In this document: piece by piece, positions 9,072 through 19,555 of the stretch
Layout: each line of letters opens with the position of its first letter
Position numbering within the stretch: the first letter of the stretch is position 1
From: a virus
Taxonomy: Duplodnaviria > Caudoviricetes
Reading direction: 5' to 3' (one strand)
IMG/VR virus record: IMGVR_UViG_3300032305_000413
Span: 1-40,366 of that record
Length of the DNA stretch: 40,366 nt
Notes under the pieces: generated by a model
Database searches by the model: none
The model's input: only the letters and a program-made list of their open reading frames with translations
Told to the model about the DNA's origin: nothing
Translations under genes and position numbers: made by a program

Positions 9072-9524
9072 TTACAAACCAAGGAGTGCATCTAGTTCCT
9101 CGCGTGACTTTGCCTGCAAGACTCGCGACATGGAATCTGTGTCAAGGTTTGGAGCCTGACCAGTAGCGACCATGTTGTTAATTCTTGCTTGAGCAGTCAC
9201 ATCGTGATTCTGTTGTGTTGACTGAGTTTCAGCCTGGGTTACTGCACCAAATACATCGCCGTATTCGTTAATCCAGTTGTTGATTGCTTCTTCCGAAGTA
9301 TCAATATCTGCTGGTACGAACGCTGCAATCTTTGGGTTGAAACCCTTTGCTTGTAGCACATCCTTGACAGTACGCTGACGGGTCTGTGACTTAAGACCTA
9401 ACAACTCCTGTTCTAGTTCCTTTGCACGCTTTTCAAGCGCACGGTTTACTTTGCGGAGTTGATTGATGCCACCGTCTTGGGTGGTTTCATCATCTTCGTC
9501 ATCGTATTCATAGTTGGTAGCCAT
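9072..9524 (-). CDS. Capsid scaffolding protein
   Basis: Acidic N-terminus and coiled coil; immediately upstream of the capsid gene. Confidence 0.75.
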   Translation of the reverse strand: MATNYEYDDEDDETTQDGGINQLRKVNRALEKRAKELEQELLGLKSQTRQRTVKDVLQAKGFNPKIAAFVPADIDTSEEAINNWINEYGDVFGAVTQAETQSTQQNHDVTAQARINNMVATGQAPNLDTDSMSRVLQAKSREELDALLGL

Positions 9525-9529
9525 CTACC

Positions 9530-9640
9530 TATCTCCCTTTGTTAGTTGTATTCGCAATCCACAATGCAGTTAGGGGAAACTACATTGGCTATCACTACCA
9601 GTCTTTTACGCCCACCTAGGCTGGTCGGTTAAGTGGGGAT
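9530..9640 (-). promoter_or_regulatory. Structured leader (pseudoknot plus hairpin) upstream of scaffold/capsid
   Basis: CCCACTTA/TAGGTGGG stem whose loop ACCAG can pair with downstream CTGGT; second stem CAATGTAGTT/AACTGCATTG with a TCCCCT loop. Confidence 0.5.
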
Positions 9641-9645
9641 TCTTT

Positions 9646-11076
9646 TTATATTCCTTCGGTACTCTTAAGTGAAGTACTTGTTACTCCAGAGCGACCACCG
9701 AAGCGAGTCATTGTTTCTCGCTCAGCACGCTTCTGAGATGCCATCTGGCTTTGTATGTCTCTGCCAACGATTCCTTGAATCGCCTCATTCTGTGAGTAAC
9801 CAGTTCCCTCAAGACGAGCAAGGCGTGCCTGCTGGTCTGATAGAACCTTGGCTTGACCAAAGGCTGACTTGATTGTCTGGTAGTCCTGTTCACCAACAGC
9901 ACCGCGTAGTTCTTCTGCGGTAGATAGTGAGACACCAGTAGCAAACCCAACATCCATTGCAGCAGCACCAATCTCAGCAAGGCGTACCTGCTTCTTGATG
10001 ATGTCCATACCAACGGTTGGATTGAGTAGATAAGCAGTAAGTGCTGAGTTATCTACCTCTGGGTAGTAAGTCTTAAACTGTGCAATAACATCTGCGTTAT
10101 CCTTAACGCGAGTAGCAGCAAGATTGACTCGCTCCTCAAACTCACGAGGGCTAACCAAGTTAGCAATGTAAGTACCTAATTGTTTACGAGAACCAAGTGC
10201 CGCTGTGTCAAGTCCATAAGCCTGTAATGTTTGTAGATAACCTCTCTCCATAGAGATGTAGGTATCTTCTCTGACAGCCTGACCTGCAGCACGAAGTGCT
10301 TCCATTCCAGGAAATCTATCTTTGTAAGATTGTGTTTTAGGTAGTTCTAATTTAATCTGTGCAACTGAAAGGTCTTGTTTAATGAAACCATCAATTACAT
10401 CAGCCAAGTCACCTAAGCCAAACTCTGCAAGGGCTGCACGAAACTCTTGCTGTGCAGTTTTCTTAGCAGTATCTTCCTTAATACCATTGACATAGTTGAC
10501 TCCGCCAAGGCTTCCAGTAAAGTTTGCGCCGTTAAGTTTCAGTGGGTCAGTACTAGAGCCAGCACCTGTGTAGTTGTTGCCAGTGGTTGTAGTAGTGGTG
10601 TTTCCTCCACCGCCTCCGCCGCCTCCGCCGCCTCCACCGCCTCCGCCTCCACCTCCACCGCCGAAGGTTGCACGAATCTTTGCCCATGTCTGATTACGCT
10701 CTTGCCATTGCCAGTAGAAACCCTCACCTGGGTCCTCTGTAGGCTTGTTAGCAAATGCAGCATCACGGATTTCACGCTCAGCATTTTGCTTTTCAAACAA
10801 GTCCCCAAGGGCTGTACCCTTTTTGGCTCTAATACCACTGCGCCAGTTAGTGACATATTCATCTTCTGTATCAGTAGGTGCAGGCACATCAGGTACTGCA
10901 GCGGTAGGAATCTTTCCTGGACCATAGATGTTTGGGTCATCCATGCTTGTTGGTGTAGCCTCTGGTGTGACAGGAGTTGCTTTAGGGGCAGGACCCATGC
11001 CAAGCAAGTTTCTTTCTTCCTGTGTAAGCGTTCCACCAGAAGTTAATTTACGAAGTGCTGATGATACATCTGCCAT
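9646..11076 (-). CDS. Putative internal virion (ejection) protein with a poly-Gly linker
   Basis: 476 aa, helical C-terminal half, last gene of the large-virion-protein cluster. Confidence 0.55.
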   Translation of the reverse strand: MADVSSALRKLTSGGTLTQEERNLLGMGPAPKATPVTPEATPTSMDDPNIYGPGKIPTAAVPDVPAPTDTEDEYVTNWRSGIRAKKGTALGDLFEKQNAEREIRDAAFANKPTEDPGEGFYWQWQERNQTWAKIRATFGGGGGGGGGGGGGGGGGGGGNTTTTTTGNNYTGAGSSTDPLKLNGANFTGSLGGVNYVNGIKEDTAKKTAQQEFRAALAEFGLGDLADVIDGFIKQDLSVAQIKLELPKTQSYKDRFPGMEALRAAGQAVREDTYISMERGYLQTLQAYGLDTAALGSRKQLGTYIANLVSPREFEERVNLAATRVKDNADVIAQFKTYYPEVDNSALTAYLLNPTVGMDIIKKQVRLAEIGAAAMDVGFATGVSLSTAEELRGAVGEQDYQTIKSAFGQAKVLSDQQARLARLEGTGYSQNEAIQGIVGRDIQSQMASQKRAERETMTRFGGRSGVTSTSLKSTEGI

Positions 11077-11078
11077 GA

Positions 11079-12491
11079 TTACCCCATAAATCCAAACATC
11101 TTGGCAATATCAAGTGCTGTATTGCTGTATGTTTCTTTAGCGTTTCTTGTGTACTGCCACAACGGGTCGCTCTTAAGTTGCTTTGTAAAGTCTGCAAATG
11201 TACGAGCATTGCCTGTAGTGTTATCAACAACCTTGCCCATCAAGTCGTTCCATGTAATAGCAGTTGAGTCAACCTCAAGAAGGTTAGCCATCTGCGTGCG
11301 ATAACTGTTAGTTACTTCGTATAGGTTACGACCTGCTTGCAATGAAGCCAAGAATGGCTTGTTCTGTGGTGCATCGTAAGCCATGTCTTTTACTGTCTTA
11401 ATCCAGTAGTTTGCATCGCGACCATCTAGTGGGTCAAGTAACGATGTGTTGATTGTTTTCTTCATAGTCTCATCAAGAGGTACACCATATAGGTATGCTT
11501 GCTGAGCAATGCGGTCATAGAATGAACCAAGGGTTCCGCCACCAGAAAAAATAATGCTGCTTTGTGTGGCAAGATACTGTTCTAGTTGGTCATCATCCCA
11601 GTTGTTCTCGATTGACTTAAGTGCAATGCCTTTAACAAAATCTGTGTTGTCAACTACTTTGCCAGTTGCAGGGTCAATCTGACGAACAGTAACACCCAAA
11701 GCCTCTAACTTGCCAAGCATTGAGTCCATCGTGTTAGCCACTTTTTCAGCAAAAGTTGATGCCTTGCGTGGGTCATGCGTATCTAAGAAAAATTTACGGA
11801 TGCTTGGATAAGTTGCTTGCCACCATACGGTACCCTCAAGGGCATCCATAAAGGTATCTTCATCCCACTTCTCATCTTTAGCACGCTTAAGAAGAATATC
11901 AATCTCAGCCTTTTGTGTCTTATCTTCTAAAGATGCAAAGGTTGTACGAAGGTACGAAACCCACAAATCCTTTATATCTTGACCAGGAGTTGCTGGCGCA
12001 GGCGTTGGTGTAGGAGTAGGAGTAGTTGGTTTTGGCTTCGGCTTTGGCGTTGGCTTATCAAATGTATTTGGATTTTTGTCAAGAGTATTTGGGATACCAT
12101 CGCCATCTGAATCCATAGGCTTAGTATCTTTATCAAGGTTTGGACCTTGAACTGTAGATGCAGCAGCATCATCAGCCGCACGAATTTTGTCACGGGCTTT
12201 TTGTGCAGCCTTTGAATCATTAAGCGCCTCAGCACGGGCTAAATCTTCCTCAGCCTTAGCCTTTGCTTTGTCAGCAGCAGCCTTCTTAACCTTGTTGCGT
12301 TCTGCTGTTAACTCAGCATTTGCATCATTAAATGCTTTACGCAATTCCTCAAGTGCTTTTTGTGCAGTCTTAAACTTAGCGCTACCAGGCTTTTCGGATT
12401 TAATAATTTGCTCATTTTGAGAAATGGCAATAGCAATTTTACGGATGCGCTCCTGTGGAGTCTCAGGTACTACGGCTCTACGGTCTGCCAT
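11079..12491 (-). CDS. Putative internal virion protein
   Basis: 470 aa with a coiled-coil N-terminus, PT/PK linker and helical C-terminus. Confidence 0.55.
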   Translation of the reverse strand: MADRRAVVPETPQERIRKIAIAISQNEQIIKSEKPGSAKFKTAQKALEELRKAFNDANAELTAERNKVKKAAADKAKAKAEEDLARAEALNDSKAAQKARDKIRAADDAAASTVQGPNLDKDTKPMDSDGDGIPNTLDKNPNTFDKPTPKPKPKPTTPTPTPTPAPATPGQDIKDLWVSYLRTTFASLEDKTQKAEIDILLKRAKDEKWDEDTFMDALEGTVWWQATYPSIRKFFLDTHDPRKASTFAEKVANTMDSMLGKLEALGVTVRQIDPATGKVVDNTDFVKGIALKSIENNWDDDQLEQYLATQSSIIFSGGGTLGSFYDRIAQQAYLYGVPLDETMKKTINTSLLDPLDGRDANYWIKTVKDMAYDAPQNKPFLASLQAGRNLYEVTNSYRTQMANLLEVDSTAITWNDLMGKVVDNTTGNARTFADFTKQLKSDPLWQYTRNAKETYSNTALDIAKMFGFMG

Positions 12492-12901
12492 TATCCTTGT
12501 GCCTCTCTTACATCCTGTGCGATGCGGTTGTAGATAGCATCCATATACTTGTTCTCTTGACGGACAACAAACTCTCTATCATTTTGAACCATGTCAACGA
12601 TTGCCTGTTGGCGACCAGATGCACCAGTATCTGCACCTTGACCAAGGAACATGCTGATTGCTTTAGACTTCTCAGCACCAACAGCATTGCGACCAAGGAG
12701 TTGCTGGTAAACAGACTGAACAACAGCCTCGGCATCTTGCTTGGTGTAAACTGGACCCTTAGAGGAAACATCGCCACCTAGACCTGCAGCCTGGGCTTTT
12801 TCAATTAAGTCTGCTAAATTGATACCACTTGTTGGTGTGCCTGTACCTGCAGGGGTACCTGATTTAGTTGCAGGCTTGTTATCTTCTTTTCCTGTAGTCA
12901 C
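12491..12901 (-). CDS. Hypothetical virion protein
   Basis: 136 aa, coupled to both neighbours. Confidence 0.55.
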   Translation of the reverse strand: MTTGKEDNKPATKSGTPAGTGTPTSGINLADLIEKAQAAGLGGDVSSKGPVYTKQDAEAVVQSVYQQLLGRNAVGAEKSKAISMFLGQGADTGASGRQQAIVDMVQNDREFVVRQENKYMDAIYNRIAQDVREAQG

Positions 12902-15900
12902 TTACACCACCACCGTATCATTGATAAAATAACGATTCATAAATTCTTCAAACTCTGGGCTTTCGGCAATAAGTTGTGTGCGTACTTGGTCAAGTACAAA
13001 TACAATATCTGCATTACTCTTAGCCTCTAGCATGCGTGAGCCACCTGCTCGTTCACGCTGTTGTAGCAAGTTACCTAGTTGCTTACGAGCATCTAAGTAC
13101 ACAGCCATAGCCTTAACTACTGGACGATTGCCATTTTGTGCCATCCACTTTTTATCCGCCAAGGCTGTCTCAAGTACCTGCGCTCTGCGCTCATACTTGC
13201 CACGGTCTGGAGAAATATATTCTGAGTACCAGTCAAGGTTATCCTCAGCCATCTGACGAAGCCATAGTTTCTTACCAGCCATGATTGGCTTTAGGGCATC
13301 ATCATTATCAGAAACAATTCCGTTCTGAATCTTGTAAGTGTTAATCTGACCCATCAATGAGTTGAACTGTGTCCAGCCACGCTTGATGTTTGCATCGCGT
13401 AGCAATTCTTCTGGGCTACGGTTCTGACGGTAAGTGTTCTTTGAACCAGGGTATGCACCTTGACGGTACTGCCATTGGTATGCAGCCTGGCTAAAAGTGT
13501 ACTGCCCATCAAAGTCATTGGCAAGGAAGCCAATAAGTTCTGGGTTGTCATTAGCCTCAGCATTAGCCATAAGGTTCTGGAACTTCTTAAGATTCTTAAC
13601 AGTACTGATGTTAGCCTCAAGTCCACCTGGTGACTTAGATAGGCTTACAGTTGCCTCAAAGAAATCAGGGTACATCTCAAGGAACTTAGCCTCTGCTTCA
13701 CCTGGACCATACTGAGTCATGAACTGACGGAATGTTTGCTGGTAGAAGTCAGTCTCTGGGCTAACTGCAACAGGCAATGAGATTGAACCCAATGCACGAA
13801 GCATAAAGAACTTGTTTGTCTTGTCCTTAATTTCATCCAGAGTTGGCTCGTCTGTGCGCTTACCGCTGTTAAAGTTGTAAGTCTCATAACGAAGCATCTG
13901 GTTGAATGTACGAACATACAGTTCATCCTGTGTCCACATAGTACGCAAACGGCGTAGCGCTGCAGGTGTGAACAAGTCAAGAGCGCTTTGTGGTTGACCA
14001 GCAGGGAACAGTGGTCGGAACGCATCCTCTAACTCTGGACGGTTGCGAACAATCAGATATGTTGGCAGTACTGCATAAGGACCAAATCCTGGGTTTCCAG
14101 GCTGACCCTGTGTAATCACATCAAGAGAAGAAAGCGGGATGCTTACACTCTTAAATGAATTTTGTGCTACTTCCTGCCATGCCTTTGGAAGTGACTTAAT
14201 AAAGCCTTCTGGTACTTGGATAACCAAGTTAGCCATGCCTTCTTCTGACAACTTCTTAGCATCTGTAATGCGATTGCCATCTTGGTCAACAACTGTTTGA
14301 CCGTTAACAATCTGTGCAATAGTACGACCTGCAGTTGCAACCGCTGTTGGGTTCTCAGCAATAATGCCAGACCAACGCTTCATTGTATTTTCGTAGGCTG
14401 CAAAGAATGGGAACATCAACTGCATTACTTGGCTAGATGATGCACGGCTACGGCGAACAATGGTGAACAATGTACGCTCAACTTCACGGCGTGCTTCTTC
14501 ACGAGCGCCACGGATAGCACGGTCAATTTCTTCAGCAGTTAATTTGTCTGCTCCCTTTGCTGCAGCCATTGCCTCAAGGTTGCCCTTGATACGCTTGTTA
14601 TATGTTGCCTTCACCAATGGGTGACGAGCAAATACATCTTCTGGCAATGAGCCAAGGAAGCGCATAACACGGCGGTTAAAGGTATCAATCAGGCGTTCCT
14701 GGTCGCGATACTCTTTACTTGTTGTAACAAGCAAGCCGTTAATCTCTGGAAGATTCTCTGGGTTGCTACCGAATCTATCGCGTAACCAGTTCTGAACTTC
14801 TCCGCCTGAGATGACCTTGCCATCTTCTTCCTTGACTCGGCTAAGCACAAGTGCTGTTTCCTCATCTGGAATATAAACCTTAACTGCACCACGAGTGATG
14901 TTAATCTTCTCAAGCAAGTCCTCATCTAGTTCGCCACCCTTAAGGGCAGTAAATCCAAATGACTGGCGTGGTGTTGTGTAAGTATCGTTAGCGTACTTAC
15001 GACCTTCAAAGTTACGAGTCATCCAACCAAGGATGTCCTCATCTGTATCACCATCAAGAATCTTGCGGACAACAGGGTCCATGATTCCTGTCTCAGGGTC
15101 ACGAAAGTGCATGTTTAAAACATTTGCCCATGCTTCAAAATAGCGTGGGTCTGATGGCTTAACAGGGGCTACTGTACGAGCGCCAATGCCTGTAGTAAAC
15201 GCCATCTCCTGAGTTGCAACCATTGCGTTCCATGTGTCCTCGGCTGAGGTACGACCCATGAACCATGATGCATCTTGGAATACTTCTGGAACATTGTACT
15301 TGTAACCGCCAGCCTCAATGTCCATGTAGCCATAACCTGTGCGCTGCTTAATTGAATTAGATTCAGCGCGAGTAATAGCAGCGCCAAGGCGCTCTGACAT
15401 ATCATCAAGGTGTGCATGTGAAAGAGTAAATAGTCGAGCAAGGTTTTCTGCAGCATCTTCTACGCCGTTGTTAATAGCAGCGTTAACATTGTCCTTGTTG
15501 TAGTAAGGAGAAACAGAATTGTTAGGACGGCGTGCTGCTTTCTTTGCTGCTTGCTTTGCTTGACGGCGTTCTTTAGAAGTAACCATTCTTGGCTCAAGAC
15601 CAAGTTCTGGTAAATCTTCTGCTGCTTGAATCTGAGCGCGTTGTTCCATCTCTGTAACTGTGCGAGTGACTTCGCGCTTGCGACCTGCTGCATCAACAGA
15701 TTCTGGCAATACGATGTATGAAACTCCGCCAGCACGCTTGTCATCAAGTACTACGGCGTTGCCGTAACCATTCTCACGAAGGTACTTATAGACAGGTGAG
15801 TTCTGGTCTTGCCAGCCCTTTGACTTGTTCCATGCATTAAATTCAGAAGCCTTGTTGTTAAACAAAGCGCGTACATCCATTGGCAGTTCGCTCCAACGGG

Positions 15901-18900
15901 TCATGAACAATGATGGTCCATAAACACGAATTGGTTGAACATTACCCTTAGAAGCGTTTACACGGAATACTGGACGGCGTGACCAATTCTTAAATAAAAC
16001 TGTCTCAACTTCATCTGTTTCAAGTGCTAATACAAGTGTCTCATAATCAATAGACTTAACCTCAGCCCACTTGGAACCGCGCTTAATTTCAACTTTAGCA
16101 CCGCTATTAACAGCATCAATCATGTCTGATTGTAGTTTAAGCATTGCCTCATTGAGTACATCTTCACGCTTGGCAGAAGGAACTCTAGGTTCTCTTTCCA
16201 AATTCTTCATTGCATCTGGCTCTAGCAAGGTGCGAGGATTTGGATTGCCAGGAATATATCCCATTCTATCTGGAATAATTTTTGAAGTTATGCCAGTACG
16301 CTTTAAATTTTTTGTACTTGGATAACCTTTGACAATAGCAACTGGAACGGAATCAAGTCCAGCCCTTAATGCTGCCTGTAACCTGTGGTTTCCTTCTCCT
16401 AATTTAAGTAAGAGTTCTCCACTATCACTAACATAGTATTCCAAAATTAAAGGGTCTGTAAACCCTTTACCAGACTTTAAATCATCGGTAATCTTTGTAA
16501 TAGTTTCAGCACTATAACCAGGAGTTGCTTGAGCCCCAGCACGGTCAAATTCTATAAACTTTTTAATATAGTCTGTCTTAACTAATGCAACACCAGAAGT
16601 ATTTTTCATATTTGGATTTAGGCGTTGAATTAACTTTACTTCATCCAACGGTGCTAATGTGCCAGCCTTGCTTAGTGGTTGTTCATTCAAGCGACCAGGA
16701 CGACCTGATGGTGTTGGAATATACTGTTCAACAGAAGCAATTATTCCACCTTCTGCGTAACGGCGAGCAATAGCAGGTGATGCTGACATCGCAATAGAGC
16801 GAGATTCGTCAAGTTTAAATGCACCGTCTGCTGAGCCATGGTAAAGAGTGATTGACTCTAAATCTGCAAGTACACCCTTGAGTGTACGAACTTCATCTTC
16901 AACAGTAAGTGGACCAACACCTGGAGTAAAACGCTGTTTAAATGCATCACGCTCTAATTCACCAATGCGTGTTGAGATTGCCTTAGCAAGTTGCTTACGG
17001 CTCATGTCAACTGCACGCAGTTTGTCAACCTCTGACATAAATGCGTATTGTAAAGTTGGCACATCATCCATGCGACCAGCGTTAATGTTTACCTGGTCAA
17101 TTAGACGAGTAAAGCCAACCTGACGGTTTTTAAAGAATCGTCCAACTGCATCTTTACCACCTGCTGCAACCATCGCTGGCATAGCAAATCCCTTAGCCAA
17201 CATAGATAGTTGTGCTTCGGTAATGTTACGAACTGTGTAACCAAGGCGCATAAGAACAGAAGTCTTAAAGATGTCGTTGATGGTACCAAGAGCAGCAAGT
17301 CCCTTTTCTGTACGCATAGTTAAATCTTGAACATCAATGCCATCGAGTAATCCTGGAAGAATACTTTCATGTGACTTGATAGCGCGGGCTAACTTACGCA
17401 TGTCTGCGATAATTACAAAGTTTGCAGACTCGCGCTGTAACACTGGCGATACTGCATTGATAACTTGACCATTCTCAAGGTATGAGACGAATCCTTGGTC
17501 GCGGTGTGCTTTAATACGAGAAGCACGGCGGTAATCAAAGATTGCATAAAGGCTATCAACAGTTGCCTGGTCGTAGTTAGGAAAGAGAACAGAAAGCGCT
17601 TCTTTCTCAGCACGCTGGATAACTCCATTGCGCTCGCCTGCAGAGGCTGCACCTAAATATTGGTCAGCATAATATGCTGCTCGTGCGCCAAATCCACCCT
17701 TAGATAGGTTGTTAACCTCACCCAAGAAAGCATTAAACTCTGTGTATGAATCACCATCGTTAACATTAAAGATACCGCTTGGCATCTCATCTTTAAAGTA
17801 GTTAACTACCTTGATGATTGGGTGCAGGCTTGTCTTTTGTATTAAGACAGATTCAGGTTCTGCAAATGTACGAGCAGCCTTAGCCTTAGACTTTTGAGCA
17901 AGTTTGCCCTCCCAAGGTCCACGGCTGAAACCATACTTAAACTGTCCACCAGTTTGTACTGTCTCAAGTGCTACGCGGAATCGGTCATCTTCGGTACTAG
18001 CCTTTGAAATATAACCTTGTAAAACTTCATTGTACTTAGGCGAAGTAATCATGTCGCCATCTGACTTACCCTCAAGAAGCATGCGATGTGGATGAGGAAC
18101 ATCGTTTAACGCATCAATGACTAAGCCAGCCTCAGAATCTACATCTACAATTTTTGAGATTGCATCTGTGTCTTTAAACATAACTGCGCGGAAAGTATCT
18201 ACTACCTCTTGGTCAGTTGTTGCGCGACCAAACAGATACGCCATAGCATCTGGATTAGTAACTTTCTTTTTGCGCCAGTACTCGTATTGTTCTCTAGCAT
18301 TTGAGTTAGCCAAGAATTTAATATCTGTTACTGCTTCGCCTTCGCCATCAAGTGCTTTAACCAATAGGTTATCGAGGCGCTCCTCTGTCATTGCAAACTT
18401 ACCAAATACTGCACGAGCAGTCTTGCCAGAGATTGTATCTAGCATTGGAGCCTTAGCAGCAATGACTGCACCCTTGCCAATAAAACCTGTAAAGGTTAAT
18501 GGGTCAATAAGTGTTGATGCAGTAATGTCTTGAATACCTGAAAGAAACTTTCCTGTGTACTGGTTCTGGAACGCAGCCTCACGGTCCATTGGGTCAAACA
18601 GGTCAAAGCCAGCAGATAAAAACTTTAGGTTGTTATCTGTCCAGTCCTGTAGCCATCCTGACTTATCACCAGAATTTTTACCAGGAGAGAGAACGGAAAG
18701 AGTCGCCTGACCAAGACTGATGTTTTCTTTTTCGCGTTCAACGCGGGCGGTGTAGTCGGAGTATGACTCGTTCTCGTTCTTAAACTTGTTGTACATGAAA
18801 GGTTGGTCAAGGATTGTTTCAACACCTTCACGGCGTACCTTGCCACCTAATTCGTATGATGCTTCACCTACTGCAAGTAAACCGCCAACGGCAGCGCGAA

Positions 18901-19066
18901 CAGGGGTGGTTGTAACCTTGATTGTATTCTTAGCAAGGTTAATGCCATCTACATACCACGGGTCATCATTAGAACCCGCAGTTGCTAAATCTTTAAACAG
19001 TCCAGGCAATCCAGTAAAGTCAACTGCTGACTTCGCCATCTTGCCAAGGTTTTCAATCCAACTCAC
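12902..19066 (-). CDS. Large internal virion/DNA-ejection protein with inserted ART-like and ParB/Srx-like domains
   Basis: 2054 aa, mostly helical; contains LYHGS...S.S...ARRYA, GEGNHRL and LRENGY...YIVLP motifs. Confidence 0.7.
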   Translation of the reverse strand: MSWIENLGKMAKSAVDFTGLPGLFKDLATAGSNDDPWYVDGINLAKNTIKVTTTPVRAAVGGLLAVGEASYELGGKVRREGVETILDQPFMYNKFKNENESYSDYTARVEREKENISLGQATLSVLSPGKNSGDKSGWLQDWTDNNLKFLSAGFDLFDPMDREAAFQNQYTGKFLSGIQDITASTLIDPLTFTGFIGKGAVIAAKAPMLDTISGKTARAVFGKFAMTEERLDNLLVKALDGEGEAVTDIKFLANSNAREQYEYWRKKKVTNPDAMAYLFGRATTDQEVVDTFRAVMFKDTDAISKIVDVDSEAGLVIDALNDVPHPHRMLLEGKSDGDMITSPKYNEVLQGYISKASTEDDRFRVALETVQTGGQFKYGFSRGPWEGKLAQKSKAKAARTFAEPESVLIQKTSLHPIIKVVNYFKDEMPSGIFNVNDGDSYTEFNAFLGEVNNLSKGGFGARAAYYADQYLGAASAGERNGVIQRAEKEALSVLFPNYDQATVDSLYAIFDYRRASRIKAHRDQGFVSYLENGQVINAVSPVLQRESANFVIIADMRKLARAIKSHESILPGLLDGIDVQDLTMRTEKGLAALGTINDIFKTSVLMRLGYTVRNITEAQLSMLAKGFAMPAMVAAGGKDAVGRFFKNRQVGFTRLIDQVNINAGRMDDVPTLQYAFMSEVDKLRAVDMSRKQLAKAISTRIGELERDAFKQRFTPGVGPLTVEDEVRTLKGVLADLESITLYHGSADGAFKLDESRSIAMSASPAIARRYAEGGIIASVEQYIPTPSGRPGRLNEQPLSKAGTLAPLDEVKLIQRLNPNMKNTSGVALVKTDYIKKFIEFDRAGAQATPGYSAETITKITDDLKSGKGFTDPLILEYYVSDSGELLLKLGEGNHRLQAALRAGLDSVPVAIVKGYPSTKNLKRTGITSKIIPDRMGYIPGNPNPRTLLEPDAMKNLEREPRVPSAKREDVLNEAMLKLQSDMIDAVNSGAKVEIKRGSKWAEVKSIDYETLVLALETDEVETVLFKNWSRRPVFRVNASKGNVQPIRVYGPSLFMTRWSELPMDVRALFNNKASEFNAWNKSKGWQDQNSPVYKYLRENGYGNAVVLDDKRAGGVSYIVLPESVDAAGRKREVTRTVTEMEQRAQIQAAEDLPELGLEPRMVTSKERRQAKQAAKKAARRPNNSVSPYYNKDNVNAAINNGVEDAAENLARLFTLSHAHLDDMSERLGAAITRAESNSIKQRTGYGYMDIEAGGYKYNVPEVFQDASWFMGRTSAEDTWNAMVATQEMAFTTGIGARTVAPVKPSDPRYFEAWANVLNMHFRDPETGIMDPVVRKILDGDTDEDILGWMTRNFEGRKYANDTYTTPRQSFGFTALKGGELDEDLLEKINITRGAVKVYIPDEETALVLSRVKEEDGKVISGGEVQNWLRDRFGSNPENLPEINGLLVTTSKEYRDQERLIDTFNRRVMRFLGSLPEDVFARHPLVKATYNKRIKGNLEAMAAAKGADKLTAEEIDRAIRGAREEARREVERTLFTIVRRSRASSSQVMQLMFPFFAAYENTMKRWSGIIAENPTAVATAGRTIAQIVNGQTVVDQDGNRITDAKKLSEEGMANLVIQVPEGFIKSLPKAWQEVAQNSFKSVSIPLSSLDVITQGQPGNPGFGPYAVLPTYLIVRNRPELEDAFRPLFPAGQPQSALDLFTPAALRRLRTMWTQDELYVRTFNQMLRYETYNFNSGKRTDEPTLDEIKDKTNKFFMLRALGSISLPVAVSPETDFYQQTFRQFMTQYGPGEAEAKFLEMYPDFFEATVSLSKSPGGLEANISTVKNLKKFQNLMANAEANDNPELIGFLANDFDGQYTFSQAAYQWQYRQGAYPGSKNTYRQNRSPEELLRDANIKRGWTQFNSLMGQINTYKIQNGIVSDNDDALKPIMAGKKLWLRQMAEDNLDWYSEYISPDRGKYERRAQVLETALADKKWMAQNGNRPVVKAMAVYLDARKQLGNLLQQRERAGGSRMLEAKSNADIVFVLDQVRTQLIAESPEFEEFMNRYFINDTVVV

Positions 19067-19518
19067 TACTGAGCCTGACCCTCTAGTTGACTACGAATGT
19101 AGCGGTACCAGTTACGAGTTGCGTTAGATGCATTTGGTGATTCAGCAACCTTTGCATAGAAAGGCATATAAGCAGCGAGCGCAGCAATATCTTCATTGTT
19201 TTGCGCTGCAAGCATGCTTGGTGCTGCCATAATTTCTTCACCTGCGTTAGGTCCTAATGCTGCTCCTGTGTCCACTCCTTCTTCTGGGTAGAGTGTTCGA
19301 GCATCGAGAGGAACAATATCGCCAGTTGGAATCTTAGGTGCAACAGGATTGCCTCTATTTGGCAACTGTACGCCAGACTTTGACATTGGCTGTTGAGTTT
19401 GAAGTTCATAAAAATCTCCCGCGTTATCAATACCTGCAACATATTGTGCTGCTTGTCCGCTTGAACCTTCTCCACCTGTAGCGGATACTTTAAAATTCTT
19501 ATTTGCTTCTATTGCCAT
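19066..19518 (-). CDS. Hypothetical virion-module protein
   Basis: 150 aa, Pro/Gly-rich, between the portal and the large virion protein. Confidence 0.6.
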   Translation of the reverse strand: MAIEANKNFKVSATGGEGSSGQAAQYVAGIDNAGDFYELQTQQPMSKSGVQLPNRGNPVAPKIPTGDIVPLDARTLYPEEGVDTGAALGPNAGEEIMAAPSMLAAQNNEDIAALAAYMPFYAKVAESPNASNATRNWYRYIRSQLEGQAQ

Positions 19519-19555
19519 GATTACCCCAATGCTAAATTAGCGTTTGAAAAATTGG

